From NCBI GenBank assembly GCA_964497235.1, contig CAZCCJ010000003.1:4668-68667 (forward strand): a stretch of DNA of 64,000 bases, read 5' to 3'. Below, piece after piece: positions 9,198 through 18,053 of this stretch (positions are counted from its first letter, which is position 1; each line of letters begins with the position of its first letter). Source of the DNA: an uncultured Staphylococcaceae bacterium (GTDB lineage: Bacteria > Bacillota_I > Bacilli_A > RFN20 > CAG-826). The notes under the pieces are model-generated. The model did not search any database. It saw nothing but the letters and a program-made list of their open reading frames with translations, and was not told the DNA's origin. The translations under genes were made by a program, and so were the position numbers.

Positions 9198-10505
9198 ATG
9201 ATTCAAAGAGACCATTATCTAAAGAAGTTGATAGCCGCTAGAGGAAACGGATTCCCAAAAGTCATTACGGGAATCAGGCGCTGCGGAAAATCCTATCTAC
9301 TCAGCGACATCTACAAAGGCTATCTTCTGGGAAACGGGGTCCAAGCAGAAGACATCCTCTTCTTGGATTTGGACCGCTTCGAGAACGCCAAGCTCCGTGA
9401 CCCCTTATTTTTAGGCGACTACATCATGGGTTGGGCGAAGGGGAAGAAGATGACTTACGTCATGTTGGATGAGATTCAGCGCGTTTACACCATTGTGAAC
9501 CCCAATCTCAGCAAAGGTGAGCATGTCTTGGCGAAAGGAGGGGGTGTGGAGACGATATCCTTCGTCGACGTCGTCCTTTCGCTCGCCAGACAGCCTAACA
9601 TCGATCTCTACGTGACCGGGTCAAACTCCAAGATGCTCTCAAGCGACATCGTCACCGAGTTCCGCGACAAGGCCACGAACATCCATATCGCCCCTCTTTC
9701 CTTTGACGAGTTCTACGCTTACCGCCAGGGGGAGGAGAGCAAGGCCATCTACGAATACCTCCGCTACGGCGGGATGCCGCTAGCGGTGATGAAGGAAAAA
9801 GAGGAAAAGGGGGAGTATCTGAAGAGCCTTTTCGCTACCACCTATTTCCGCGACATCCTCGAGAGGAACAGAATCGTCAAAGGCGGCGCGCTCGAGGATC
9901 TCTGCACTTTTCTCTCTTCCTCCGTCGGCCAGCTCATAAACCCCGAAAAGATATCGCGCACCTACGAAAGCGTCACCAGGCAAAGCGTGGACAGCAAAAC
10001 GGTGGGGAGATATATTTCTTTCTTTCTCGACGCCTTCTTATTGAGCGAAGCGGGGCGCTTCGATCTGAAGGGAAGAAGGGAGATCGGGGCGCTCAAGAAG
10101 TACTACTTCACCGATCTCGGGCTAAGGAACGCCAGGCTCAACTTCGCTTTCAGCGACGAGGGGCAGCTGCTAGAGAACCTCGTCTACAACGAACTCCTTT
10201 ATCACAACTACAGCGTCAGCGTCGGCGAGTTCGACACCATTGAGAAAGACAAACAAGGCCATTCAATCCGCAAAGGGAACGAGGTCGATTTCTACGCCAG
10301 GAGAGACGAAAGGGAGATCTATGTCCAAATCTGCAGTGACATCTCCTCCGAGGAGACGAGAAAACGCGAGATAAGGCCCTATTTCCTCTTGAATGACCAG
10401 GTCCAGAAAATCCTAGTCGTCAACCGGCCGTTCGAGCGGAGCAGAGACGAGAACGGCTTCACCATCATTGGGATGGCGGACTTCCTGCTAAGGTTCATTC
10501 CTTGA
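9198..10505 (+). CDS. COG1373-type AAA+ ATPase (AAA_14 + DUF4143), C-terminal PD-(D/E)xK-like motif degenerate
   Basis: Walker A GIRRCGKS and Walker B MLDEIQ; C-terminal EVDFY...YVQIC where the paralogue has EVDFL...VEVK; RBS AAAGGGGGA. Confidence 0.7.
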   Translation: MIQRDHYLKKLIAARGNGFPKVITGIRRCGKSYLLSDIYKGYLLGNGVQAEDILFLDLDRFENAKLRDPLFLGDYIMGWAKGKKMTYVMLDEIQRVYTIVNPNLSKGEHVLAKGGGVETISFVDVVLSLARQPNIDLYVTGSNSKMLSSDIVTEFRDKATNIHIAPLSFDEFYAYRQGEESKAIYEYLRYGGMPLAVMKEKEEKGEYLKSLFATTYFRDILERNRIVKGGALEDLCTFLSSSVGQLINPEKISRTYESVTRQSVDSKTVGRYISFFLDAFLLSEAGRFDLKGRREIGALKKYYFTDLGLRNARLNFAFSDEGQLLENLVYNELLYHNYSVSVGEFDTIEKDKQGHSIRKGNEVDFYARRDEREIYVQICSDISSEETRKREIRPYFLLNDQVQKILVVNRPFERSRDENGFTIIGMADFLLRFIP

Positions 10506-10529
10506 GACAAGTAATTAATTCCTTAAAAT

Positions 10530-10554
10530 TGTAGAATTCTACAGTTTTCCGGAA
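10530..10554. repeat. composite palindromic repeat copy C (inverted order: TGTAGAATTCTACA-GTTTTCCGGAA)
   Basis: reverse complement matches copies A/B with one mismatch; lies 25 bp after the stop of the 9198..10505 gene. Confidence 0.75.
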
Positions 10555-10801
10555 ATTGGATTCGTTCTCTTCGATGCATTCTCCGAACGTTGAGAAAGCA
10601 AACGCGATGCAAAGAGAACAAAACGAATTAGGTGACTCCTTCCGCATCTTCGGCAAGGGGTCAAGCGCAGGGAGCTTGCTTTAATAGAAATACAGAGTTC
10701 GTGCCGATTCCAACTGACGGGGGAGTGGGATACGAATGCTGAGAGGTTAAAAAGCGTTTAGACCATATGCTGTTCTTTTAAGGAAAAACGAATCCGAAAC
10801 T

Positions 10802-12148
10802 TCATAGGAAGCAAGCCATCGCCAAAGGCAGATACAGATAATCTTCCGTTTCCCTTAGATCCCCTTTTGTCAAGACGATTGGCCTATTCGTCTCGGCTTT
10901 GTATTTATGCGCGAAATAATCGAGCGAAGGATGCTCTTTGACTTTTCCGCTTTTGACTTCGACGGCGGTGGTTTTCTCGCTTTGTTTAATCAGAAAATCA
11001 ACCTCATATTTCGCGGACTTCCCCTCTTTCTTTACACGTGTTTCATAGAATCTCAATGGTTTTTCCTTCGAAGTGAAAATCTGGGCGATGAGGTTTTCGC
11101 TCATCATTCCTTTGTTCACCGACGTTTTCCCCGCGACGAAGGATTTGTACAAATCGCTTTTCAGATAAGAGTCGCCTGAGGCGAGGGTCAAAAGCAGCCC
11201 CGTATCCGCCAGATAGCATTTAATTTTGTCTTGTTGAAGCGAGAACCCGTCGAAGACATTCGGCTCATTCACCCCGTAACATAGCGACCCCACCATGGAT
11301 TCGCTGATCCAATTGAGGGCGTCCCTGTAGCAGGAAAAGCGGTCGCCTTCTCCCAAAGAGGAATATTTGATTTTCTTGTCGTGATGAGCCAACTGCGAGG
11401 GGATGGCGTTGAAGACGGCCATCGCCTCAGCAACGTAGCTTTCGGCGTATTTCGCGATGTCTTCCCTATAGAGCTTTATAATGCCTCTTTTCGCTCTTTC
11501 CACATCGTCGTAATTCTTCGTCTCGATATATCGCAGCACGGCTTGGGGCATCCCGCCGACAATCATGTAAAGCCTGAGCCTTTCGTTGATTGAGCGAAGC
11601 GTGTTGCCAAGCGCTTTCTTCCCCAGGAAAGCCTTTCTCAACGCTTCGTAAGTCACTTGGTCTCCGATTGCCGTCAAAAACTCCTCGAAATCAAGCGGGT
11701 GCATTGAGATGCCCTCCTCTTCGGAGGGGATCAGTATGTCTTTGGCGTTTTTTTTGATTGAGATCAGCGACCCTGTCTCGATGTAGTCATATCTTCCGTC
11801 CTCGACCAAATGCTTGATCAGTTCTCTAGCTTGCGGATATCTTTGGATTTCGTCGAAAACCAAGACCGACTCATGAGGGTAAAGCGGGGTTGAATACAAA
11901 ACGGACAGCTGATTGAAGAGCTCGTCGAGACTGTATTTGCTACCGTATTGCTCGAAGATTCGCAGCGTCCCTTTTAGCGGGCTCGAGAAATCGATCATGA
12001 TGTGGCTTTTGTATTCCCTCTTGGCGAACTCTTCCGTGATGAAACTTTTGCCGACGCGCCTCGCGCCTTTGATCAGGATCGCTTTGCTCTTATTGGAACT
12101 GTTTTTCCATTCGATGAGTTTTTCGTATATCTTTCTTTTGATGACCAT
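10802..12148 (-). CDS. COG1373-type AAA+ ATPase (AAA_14 + DUF4143) with intact PD-(D/E)xK-like motif
   Basis: Walker A GARRVGKS, Walker B VFDEIQ, C-terminal EVDFLIKQSEKTTAVEVKSGK (D..E-x-K). Probable start at the MVIKRK ATG 12148-12146, preceded by an AAGGAGA RBS; the longer ORF up to 12235 is unlikely. Confidence 0.7.
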   Translation of the reverse strand: MVIKRKIYEKLIEWKNSSNKSKAILIKGARRVGKSFITEEFAKREYKSHIMIDFSSPLKGTLRIFEQYGSKYSLDELFNQLSVLYSTPLYPHESVLVFDEIQRYPQARELIKHLVEDGRYDYIETGSLISIKKNAKDILIPSEEEGISMHPLDFEEFLTAIGDQVTYEALRKAFLGKKALGNTLRSINERLRLYMIVGGMPQAVLRYIETKNYDDVERAKRGIIKLYREDIAKYAESYVAEAMAVFNAIPSQLAHHDKKIKYSSLGEGDRFSCYRDALNWISESMVGSLCYGVNEPNVFDGFSLQQDKIKCYLADTGLLLTLASGDSYLKSDLYKSFVAGKTSVNKGMMSENLIAQIFTSKEKPLRFYETRVKKEGKSAKYEVDFLIKQSEKTTAVEVKSGKVKEHPSLDYFAHKYKAETNRPIVLTKGDLRETEDYLYLPLAMACFL

Positions 12149-12399
12149 CTGCACGTTCTCCTTTTTCCAGATTATACGTATATTTTTTGATTTAATAAAC
12201 AAATTTTCGAACATAAAAAAAGATAAAAACAACAAAAATTTAAATGTAGAATCTACTAAATATATACAAATATTTTAGGATTAGGTCTTTTGCTTTTCCT
12301 TTGCTGAATAGGGGACTTCTGGTCTGTTCGCCAAGCCTAAGGTGAATCGAAGCTTGCGGTCATTTCAATGAGCCATGCTTATGCAAAACGGAAAGGTTT

Positions 12400-12680
12400 G
12401 TACCGCGGCAAACAGGCGTGGGAGTGGATACGAACTCGGCAATGCGAAAGATAGTTTTGGGGCTACTTTAACCGAATGGTTTGCCTTAGTGGGATCGAAG
12501 AGAAAAATCTACAGCCTTATAAGAAACGAGCTATCGATAATGGCAGATAAAGATAATCTCCCCTTTTCTCAAGACCTTATTCACCAAGACGATAGGCTTG
12601 TGCAACGTGCCTTTTCATTTACGCACGAAATAATTAGGCGAAGGATGTTTTTCGAAAGGCTTCTTAAAAGGCTTTACAAC
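12400..12680 (-). pseudogene. decayed 3' end plus 3' flank of a third DUF4143 ATPase paralogue
   Basis: Nucleotide similarity to 10700-10950; minus-strand reads ...EKRGDYLYLPLSIARFL* against the intact ...KGDLRETEDYLYLPLAMACFL*; in-frame stops upstream; shared flank motif GGGAGTGG(G)ATACGAA. Confidence 0.45.
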
Positions 12681-12848
12681 TGTTATTGCCATTTTCAAAC
12701 GACGGCATTGGCATTGCCTATTGGCGATGGGAACCGCGTTTAGACTGCTATAGGTGATTAGAAGATCGATTCTCTTCTAAAACGTTAAGGCACAAGACTT
12801 TAAGTGAGAAAATAAAAAGCCTAGATTTCTCTAGGGCCATCGTTTAAG

Positions 12849-12924
12849 TGGTGCCGCCTTCCGGATTCGGACCGAAGACCTACCGCTTACAAGGCGGTTG
12901 CTCTACCAGCTGAGCTAAGGCGGC
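12849..12924 (-). tRNA. tRNA-Thr (anticodon TGT)
   Basis: cloverleaf folds by eye: GCCGCCT acceptor, GCTC/GAGC D-stem, anticodon loop CTTGTAA, CCA encoded. Confidence 0.8.
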
Positions 12925-12987
12925 GGCCTAATAATAATGCGCTCGGCGGTTATAAAAGACAACAAAAAAGACCCTCATGGGGTCAAG

Positions 12988-13062
12988 TGGTGGGTGTTAT
13001 TGGGATCGAACCAATGACCTCTTCCGTGTGAAGGAAGCGCTCTCCCCCTGAGCTAAACACCC
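12988..13062 (-). tRNA. tRNA-Val (anticodon CAC)
   Basis: GGGTGTT acceptor, anticodon stem CTTCC/GGAAG with loop TTCACAC, TTCGATC T-loop, CCA encoded. Confidence 0.7.
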
Positions 13063-13106
13063 TTTAGAGTAAAATGCCCCGCCTCTCGGCAGGGAATACG
13101 TCTTTT

Positions 13107-13183
13107 TGGTGGGCCTTAATGGGCTTGAACCATCGACCTTGCGCTTATCAAGCGCACGCTCTAACCAACTGAGCTAAAGGCCC
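13107..13183 (-). tRNA. tRNA-Ile (anticodon GAT)
   Basis: GGGCCTTTAGCTCAGTTGGTTAGAGC... classic Ile-GAT sequence, anticodon loop TTGATAA. Confidence 0.85.
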
Positions 13184-13273
13184 ACGATGAACGTCCCTTT
13201 CGGAAACGCTCATATAATATACAACTTAGGAATAGGGGTAGCAAGAACGAACTTTCAGTATCCTAGACGGCGC

Positions 13274-14764
13274 CTAATGGCTGTGGTGGAAGAGCTTTTT
13301 GGTTTCGTATATCGGCTCGCTTGTGTGGTCGATCCCAAGTTTCCTTAAGGTGCCATTGTCCATTTCCGAGAGTATGACCGTGCTATGGGACTGGCAGCCT
13401 TTTAGGTTAGGAAGCTGCGCCATCGCCATTTCCGCCAAAGGATTGGTGAGCGCTGATATCGCCAAGGCCATGAGGACTTCATCCAGATGAAGCTTTGGAT
13501 TATGCCCGCCGAGCGCTTCGGTCTTTAGCTTGCAAATCGGCTCCAAAATCGCTTTCGGAAGAAGCAAGACGGAATCCTTGATGCCCGCCAAATGCTTGAG
13601 GGCATTGAGGATCATCGCGCTATTGCAACGCAAAAGAGGCGTGTTTTTGCCGGTGATGATGGTTCCGTCTTCTAATTCTATCGCGGCGCTTGGGACGCCG
13701 TTTTTTATAGACGCCGCATGGGCGGCTTGGATGCATTTCCTTTCCGACACGTCGATGCCGTTCATCTTCATAAGCGAATCGATTTTGTTTATTTCCGAAT
13801 CGTTGTTCTTTCCTTGGCGGCGTTTGACTAACGCTTTCAAGTAACGGCGAATGATCTCTTGCCTTGATGCTTCTTGGCAGATTTCGTCGTTTTCTATGCA
13901 ATAACCGGCCATATTGACGCCCATGTCGGTGGGTGATTTATACGGCGAAGAGCCGAAGATCTTCTCGAATACGCGGTTAAGGACGGGGAAGATCTCGATG
14001 TCGCGGTTATAGTTGACGGTGCTTTTGCCATAGGCTTCGAGGTGGTAAGGGTCAATCATGTTGACATCGTCCAAATCGGCGGTGGCAGCCTCATAAGCGA
14101 GGTTAACCGGGTGCTTAAGGGGAAGATTCCAGACTGGGAAGGTCTCGAATTTGGCGTAGCCCGACTTGATTCCGGCTTTGTTATCGTGATATAGCTGCGA
14201 CAAGCAAGTCGCCATCTTTCCGCTTCCGGGCCCTGGCGCCGTCAATATGACAAGAGGTCTCGTCGTCTCTATGTAATCGTTTTTGCCTAAGCCTTCTTCT
14301 GAGACGATATGCTCGACGGCATATGGATAGCCTTCAATCACATAGTGGCGATAGGTCTTGATGCTTTGCTTTTGAAGAAGCTTCTCGAATTGCTTGGCTC
14401 CCTTTTGGTTTTGGAACTGCGTCAAAACGACGGAACTCACATATAAGCCGGCCTCTCTGAAGGCGTCTATTAGTCTAAGCACCTCTTGGTCATAGGTGAT
14501 TCCTAGATCTCCTCTTGTTTTTGCTTGTTCTATCGTCTCCGAATTGATGGCGATCACTATCTCGGCTTGGTCTTTCATCTTAAGGAGCAATTGAAGCTTG
14601 CTGGAAGGGGAGAAACCGGGCAAAACGCGAGAGGCGTGGTAATCGTCGAAGAGCTTGCCTCCGAATTCGAGGTAAAGCTTGCCGCCGAATTGCGAGATCC
14701 TTTCTTGGATGTGCTCGCTTTGGAGGGCGAGGTATTTGTCATTGTCAAAACCGATCTTGTTCAT
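13274..14764 (-). CDS. DUF1846/UPF0371-family protein
   Basis: 496 aa with conserved N-terminus MNKIGFDNDKYL...HASRVLPGF typical of this Firmicutes family. Confidence 0.55.
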   Translation of the reverse strand: MNKIGFDNDKYLALQSEHIQERISQFGGKLYLEFGGKLFDDYHASRVLPGFSPSSKLQLLLKMKDQAEIVIAINSETIEQAKTRGDLGITYDQEVLRLIDAFREAGLYVSSVVLTQFQNQKGAKQFEKLLQKQSIKTYRHYVIEGYPYAVEHIVSEEGLGKNDYIETTRPLVILTAPGPGSGKMATCLSQLYHDNKAGIKSGYAKFETFPVWNLPLKHPVNLAYEAATADLDDVNMIDPYHLEAYGKSTVNYNRDIEIFPVLNRVFEKIFGSSPYKSPTDMGVNMAGYCIENDEICQEASRQEIIRRYLKALVKRRQGKNNDSEINKIDSLMKMNGIDVSERKCIQAAHAASIKNGVPSAAIELEDGTIITGKNTPLLRCNSAMILNALKHLAGIKDSVLLLPKAILEPICKLKTEALGGHNPKLHLDEVLMALAISALTNPLAEMAMAQLPNLKGCQSHSTVILSEMDNGTLRKLGIDHTSEPIYETKKLFHHSH

Positions 14765-14785
14765 TGTTTTCTCCTCTTATATCGA

Positions 14786-16027
14786 TTAGAACGTGAGTTC
14801 CATCACGTCTTTCCAACTTGATGATATCTTATGCACTTCGTCTATGAGTTTTGGGTCGGAATACGACTTGGTTTTGAGGGCCTCGTCGATTATCCTTCCG
14901 ATCTTCTTCGCGTCGCTTTCGTCGCATCCGCGGCTTGTGGCGGCGGCAAAGCCGATACGGAGCCCGGAAGTCTCAAACGGCTTCTTCCGATCGTTATGAA
15001 GCATGTTTTTGTTGGTCGTTATTCCAATCGATTCGAGGATCGCTTGGGCTTCTTTCCCAGTCATCGAATAGCTTTCCAAAGTGTTCAATAAGAAGAGATG
15101 GTTGTCCGTGCCGCTGACGGTGGCGCCTAATTCTTGCAACACATCGCGGCAGGTCTTGGTGTTATGCAAGACGTTTTTCATGTATTCTTTGAATTCTGGC
15201 TTCAAGGCTTCGCCGAAGCAAATGGCTTTCGCGGCGATGACGTGCTCTAACGGTCCGCCTTGGGTGTAGGGGAAAACTGCGCTATTGAGCTTTTTGAAGA
15301 ATTCCTCGTTATTCGAGAGGATGAGCCCTCCGCGCGGCCCACGAAGCGTCTTATGCGTGGTGCTCGTCACGACGTCGGCGTATAAGCAGGGGTTTTGGCA
15401 TAAGCCCGCCGCGACGATTCCGGCGATATGGGCCATATCGACGATGAAATAGACGTTCTTGGAATATTCTTTGTTGTATTCGTCGATCGCATCTCTTATT
15501 CCTTTGAAGTCGATTTCGTAAGGATAAGCGCTATATCCGGCCAATAGCATATCTGGATCGTTACCGATCAAAGCCTTCTTGATTTCCTTGATATCCAAAT
15601 GGCCATCGTCTCCAAGCGGGTAGAAAGAAAAGCGATATAGTTCGCTAGAGAAAGAGACGGGCGAGCCATGGCTTAGATGTCCACCATCGTTAAGGACGAG
15701 GCTAAGTATCTTGCTTCCTGGCTTTAAGAAAGCGTGGTAAGCGGCGAAATTGGCTTGGGAACCGCTATGGGGTTGGACGTTCGCGTATTTGACGCCGAAT
15801 AGTTTCTTCGCCCTCTCTATCGCGATATTCTCGACCGCGTCGATGTTCTCGCATCCGCCATAATACCTATGCCCAGGGTATCCCTCGGCGTATTTCGCGG
15901 TATATATCGAGCCTTGCGCTTCCCTAACGTCTTTGGATGGGTAGTTCTCTGAGGCTATTAACTCGATGCCGTTATTTTGCCTTTCCTCCTCTTTTTTTAG
16001 GTAGGACGCAATCTCCATATCGTTCAT
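14786..16027 (-). CDS. glyA: serine hydroxymethyltransferase
   Basis: full-length SHMT with PLP-lysine region (TTTHKTLRGPRGG). Confidence 0.95.
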   Translation of the reverse strand: MNDMEIASYLKKEEERQNNGIELIASENYPSKDVREAQGSIYTAKYAEGYPGHRYYGGCENIDAVENIAIERAKKLFGVKYANVQPHSGSQANFAAYHAFLKPGSKILSLVLNDGGHLSHGSPVSFSSELYRFSFYPLGDDGHLDIKEIKKALIGNDPDMLLAGYSAYPYEIDFKGIRDAIDEYNKEYSKNVYFIVDMAHIAGIVAAGLCQNPCLYADVVTSTTHKTLRGPRGGLILSNNEEFFKKLNSAVFPYTQGGPLEHVIAAKAICFGEALKPEFKEYMKNVLHNTKTCRDVLQELGATVSGTDNHLFLLNTLESYSMTGKEAQAILESIGITTNKNMLHNDRKKPFETSGLRIGFAAATSRGCDESDAKKIGRIIDEALKTKSYSDPKLIDEVHKISSSWKDVMELTF

Positions 16028-16039
16028 ATCTATCCCTCC

Positions 16040-16549
16040 TTATATGTTTATTTCCTTCACGTCGTCTGGCACGTCGATGTTTAGGTCCTCTTCGCATAAA
16101 TGGCCGCTATGAGACGAATTGGGGGCGATTTGCTCGAGCTTGAGCTTCATATACAAGGCTTTTCCGTTGGCCAATAGCTCGCCTTTTTTATTCTTTATCT
16201 CGGCATGCCCTTCAAAAGATATCGCATTCCTTTTGTCGATACGGCCCACGCAATAGAGCTTCTCGCCATAAGGGACCGCCTTATGGAAGGAAACCTCGAG
16301 CTTTATCGTGCAAGCGTAAGTCTTTGGCTCATCGATCCATATGGCTCTTCCGACCGTTTCGTCGATTAATGCGGAAATCAAGCCGCCATGTGTCCTTTCG
16401 GGATATGATTGGTGATTGGGGTCGAAGGAAAAAACCGCGATCAGGCTATGGTCCTCCATTTCGTAAAAAGAAGCGTGAACCCCATAAGGATTAGAGATTC
16501 CGCACACTATGCAATCCTTCGAATTAGATTGTTTTTTGATGACACGCAT
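16040..16549 (-). CDS. hotdog-fold acyl-CoA thioesterase (PaaI family)
   Basis: 169 aa, HGGLISALIDETVG hotdog motif. Confidence 0.6.
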   Translation of the reverse strand: MRVIKKQSNSKDCIVCGISNPYGVHASFYEMEDHSLIAVFSFDPNHQSYPERTHGGLISALIDETVGRAIWIDEPKTYACTIKLEVSFHKAVPYGEKLYCVGRIDKRNAISFEGHAEIKNKKGELLANGKALYMKLKLEQIAPNSSHSGHLCEEDLNIDVPDDVKEINI

Positions 16550-16644
16550 GCTCTATATTATCGCAACAAAATAGACGCCATGGCGCATTTTTTATATAAA
16601 AACGGTTACATTAGTGCTAATCTTCTCATATTGAACACATACAT

Positions 16645-17940
16645 ATGAAACACAAAGAAACACTTCAAGAGAAACTCGCAAAAAGGAAATTTCACATTCC
16701 TAATCGCTTTATTTATTCGGTTTTGACAAAGACCGTCATCGCCAAATTCTTAGAGCCGAAATACAACGTCCATTACGAGATAATCGATGACATCAACAAA
16801 GAAAAAGGCCCATGTTTTTTGATATTCAACCACCAATCCCGCATCGATTACGTTTGGACGGTTAGGGCGGCTTATCCAAGGCGTTTGAATTTCATCGTCG
16901 GATATAACGAATTCTTCCGTTCGCATCTCAAACTCATCCTAAAAATCGTGAATGCCATTCCGAAGAAGAACTTCACCCTCGATATGCCCGCCATGAGAGG
17001 TATCGATTCCATCATTAAAGCGGGTGGCACCGTTTGCTTTTCGCCAGAAGGGATGTCCAGCATCAGCGGGCATAACCAGCCCATTGTTCCGTCAACTGGC
17101 AAGCTATTCAAACACTATGGCGTCCCGGTGTATCTCGTTAAGACGGAAGGGGCGTTTTTAACCAACACCAAAGTGTGCCTCGACGAGAGAAAGGGCCGCA
17201 TCAACGCCAAGATGATGAGGCTATTCTCGAAAGAAGACCTCGAGAAATATTCGAATGAGGAATTGGATCAAAAGATAAACGAGGCCATGTGGCAAGACGA
17301 TTATGAATGGAATCTCAAGGAACAAATAAAATATGAGACGCATGGCAGGCCCTGCCATCGCCTTAGCGACTTGCTATATCGTTGCCCGAAATGCGGAACC
17401 GATCTATCGATGAAGAGCGAGAAGGACGTCATATATTGCGAGAAGTGCGGAAATGGAGCCAAAATGGACGACACTTGCTCCATCCATCCTCTTCATGAAG
17501 GCGACGTAATACCTGCTACGCCGACTAGATGGTTCGACGAAGAAAGAAAGGAAGTCTATAAAGAAATCTCCGCAAATCCCGACTATCGTTTTGAATTCGA
17601 CGCCAAACTCGGCGCCCTTCCGAAATATCGTTATATCAAGAATCAGAAGACGAGCGAGATAGTGGGGGCGGGGAAAGTGATGATCGATCACGACGGTTTC
17701 CATTTCGAAGGGTCAAAATCTGGGAAACCATTCTCTTTCACCCTCACATATAAAGAAGCGCCGACTTTTGGGATGCCACTGGACACCTCTTACTTCTCTC
17801 TTTATTACAAAGGCGAATATTATGATGTTTTCCCGACTGATCCCGTCGTTGGGAAAGCGTTGCTCGTCTTTGAGGAGATGGCGAGGCTTCATGAGAACAC
17901 CTGGCCCAATTTCCCTTGGATGAAGTGGATTTACGAATAA
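16645..17940 (+). CDS. lysophospholipid (PlsC-type) acyltransferase with C-terminal zinc-ribbon-containing extension
   Basis: NHQSRID (H-x4-D) acyltransferase motif, then CPKCG...CEKCG double CxxC and ~200 extra residues. Confidence 0.55.
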   Translation: MKHKETLQEKLAKRKFHIPNRFIYSVLTKTVIAKFLEPKYNVHYEIIDDINKEKGPCFLIFNHQSRIDYVWTVRAAYPRRLNFIVGYNEFFRSHLKLILKIVNAIPKKNFTLDMPAMRGIDSIIKAGGTVCFSPEGMSSISGHNQPIVPSTGKLFKHYGVPVYLVKTEGAFLTNTKVCLDERKGRINAKMMRLFSKEDLEKYSNEELDQKINEAMWQDDYEWNLKEQIKYETHGRPCHRLSDLLYRCPKCGTDLSMKSEKDVIYCEKCGNGAKMDDTCSIHPLHEGDVIPATPTRWFDEERKEVYKEISANPDYRFEFDAKLGALPKYRYIKNQKTSEIVGAGKVMIDHDGFHFEGSKSGKPFSFTLTYKEAPTFGMPLDTSYFSLYYKGEYYDVFPTDPVVGKALLVFEEMARLHENTWPNFPWMKWIYE

Positions 17941-18053
17941 TAGAAATAAAAACTAGTGGAACCGCTTTCAAGGATATATAAGCCTTGACGGCGGTTTTTT
18001 TCTTAGTAGGATAACGGACCCACTAAAGTGGGAGATGTTAGGAGGTAGCGCGA

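Noticed and set aside
9086-10554. Possible CRISPR array or IS element given the repeated 24-mers
   Set aside because: Only two direct copies plus one inverted copy, unequal spacing, no cas genes and no transposase ORF; repeats are palindromic operator/TIR-like instead.
10802-12235. Longer 477-aa version of the minus-strand ATPase ORF starting at 12235
   Set aside because: The first 29 codons (MLFLSFFMFENLF...) are hydrophobic junk without RBS, whereas the internal ATG at 12148-12146 has a strong AAGGAGA RBS and matches the family N-terminus.
12375-12743. 122-aa plus-strand ORF in the gap between the ATPase gene and tRNA-Thr
   Set aside because: It is antisense to the decayed DUF4143 paralogue remnant, has no RBS and no recognisable protein features; treated as a shadow ORF.
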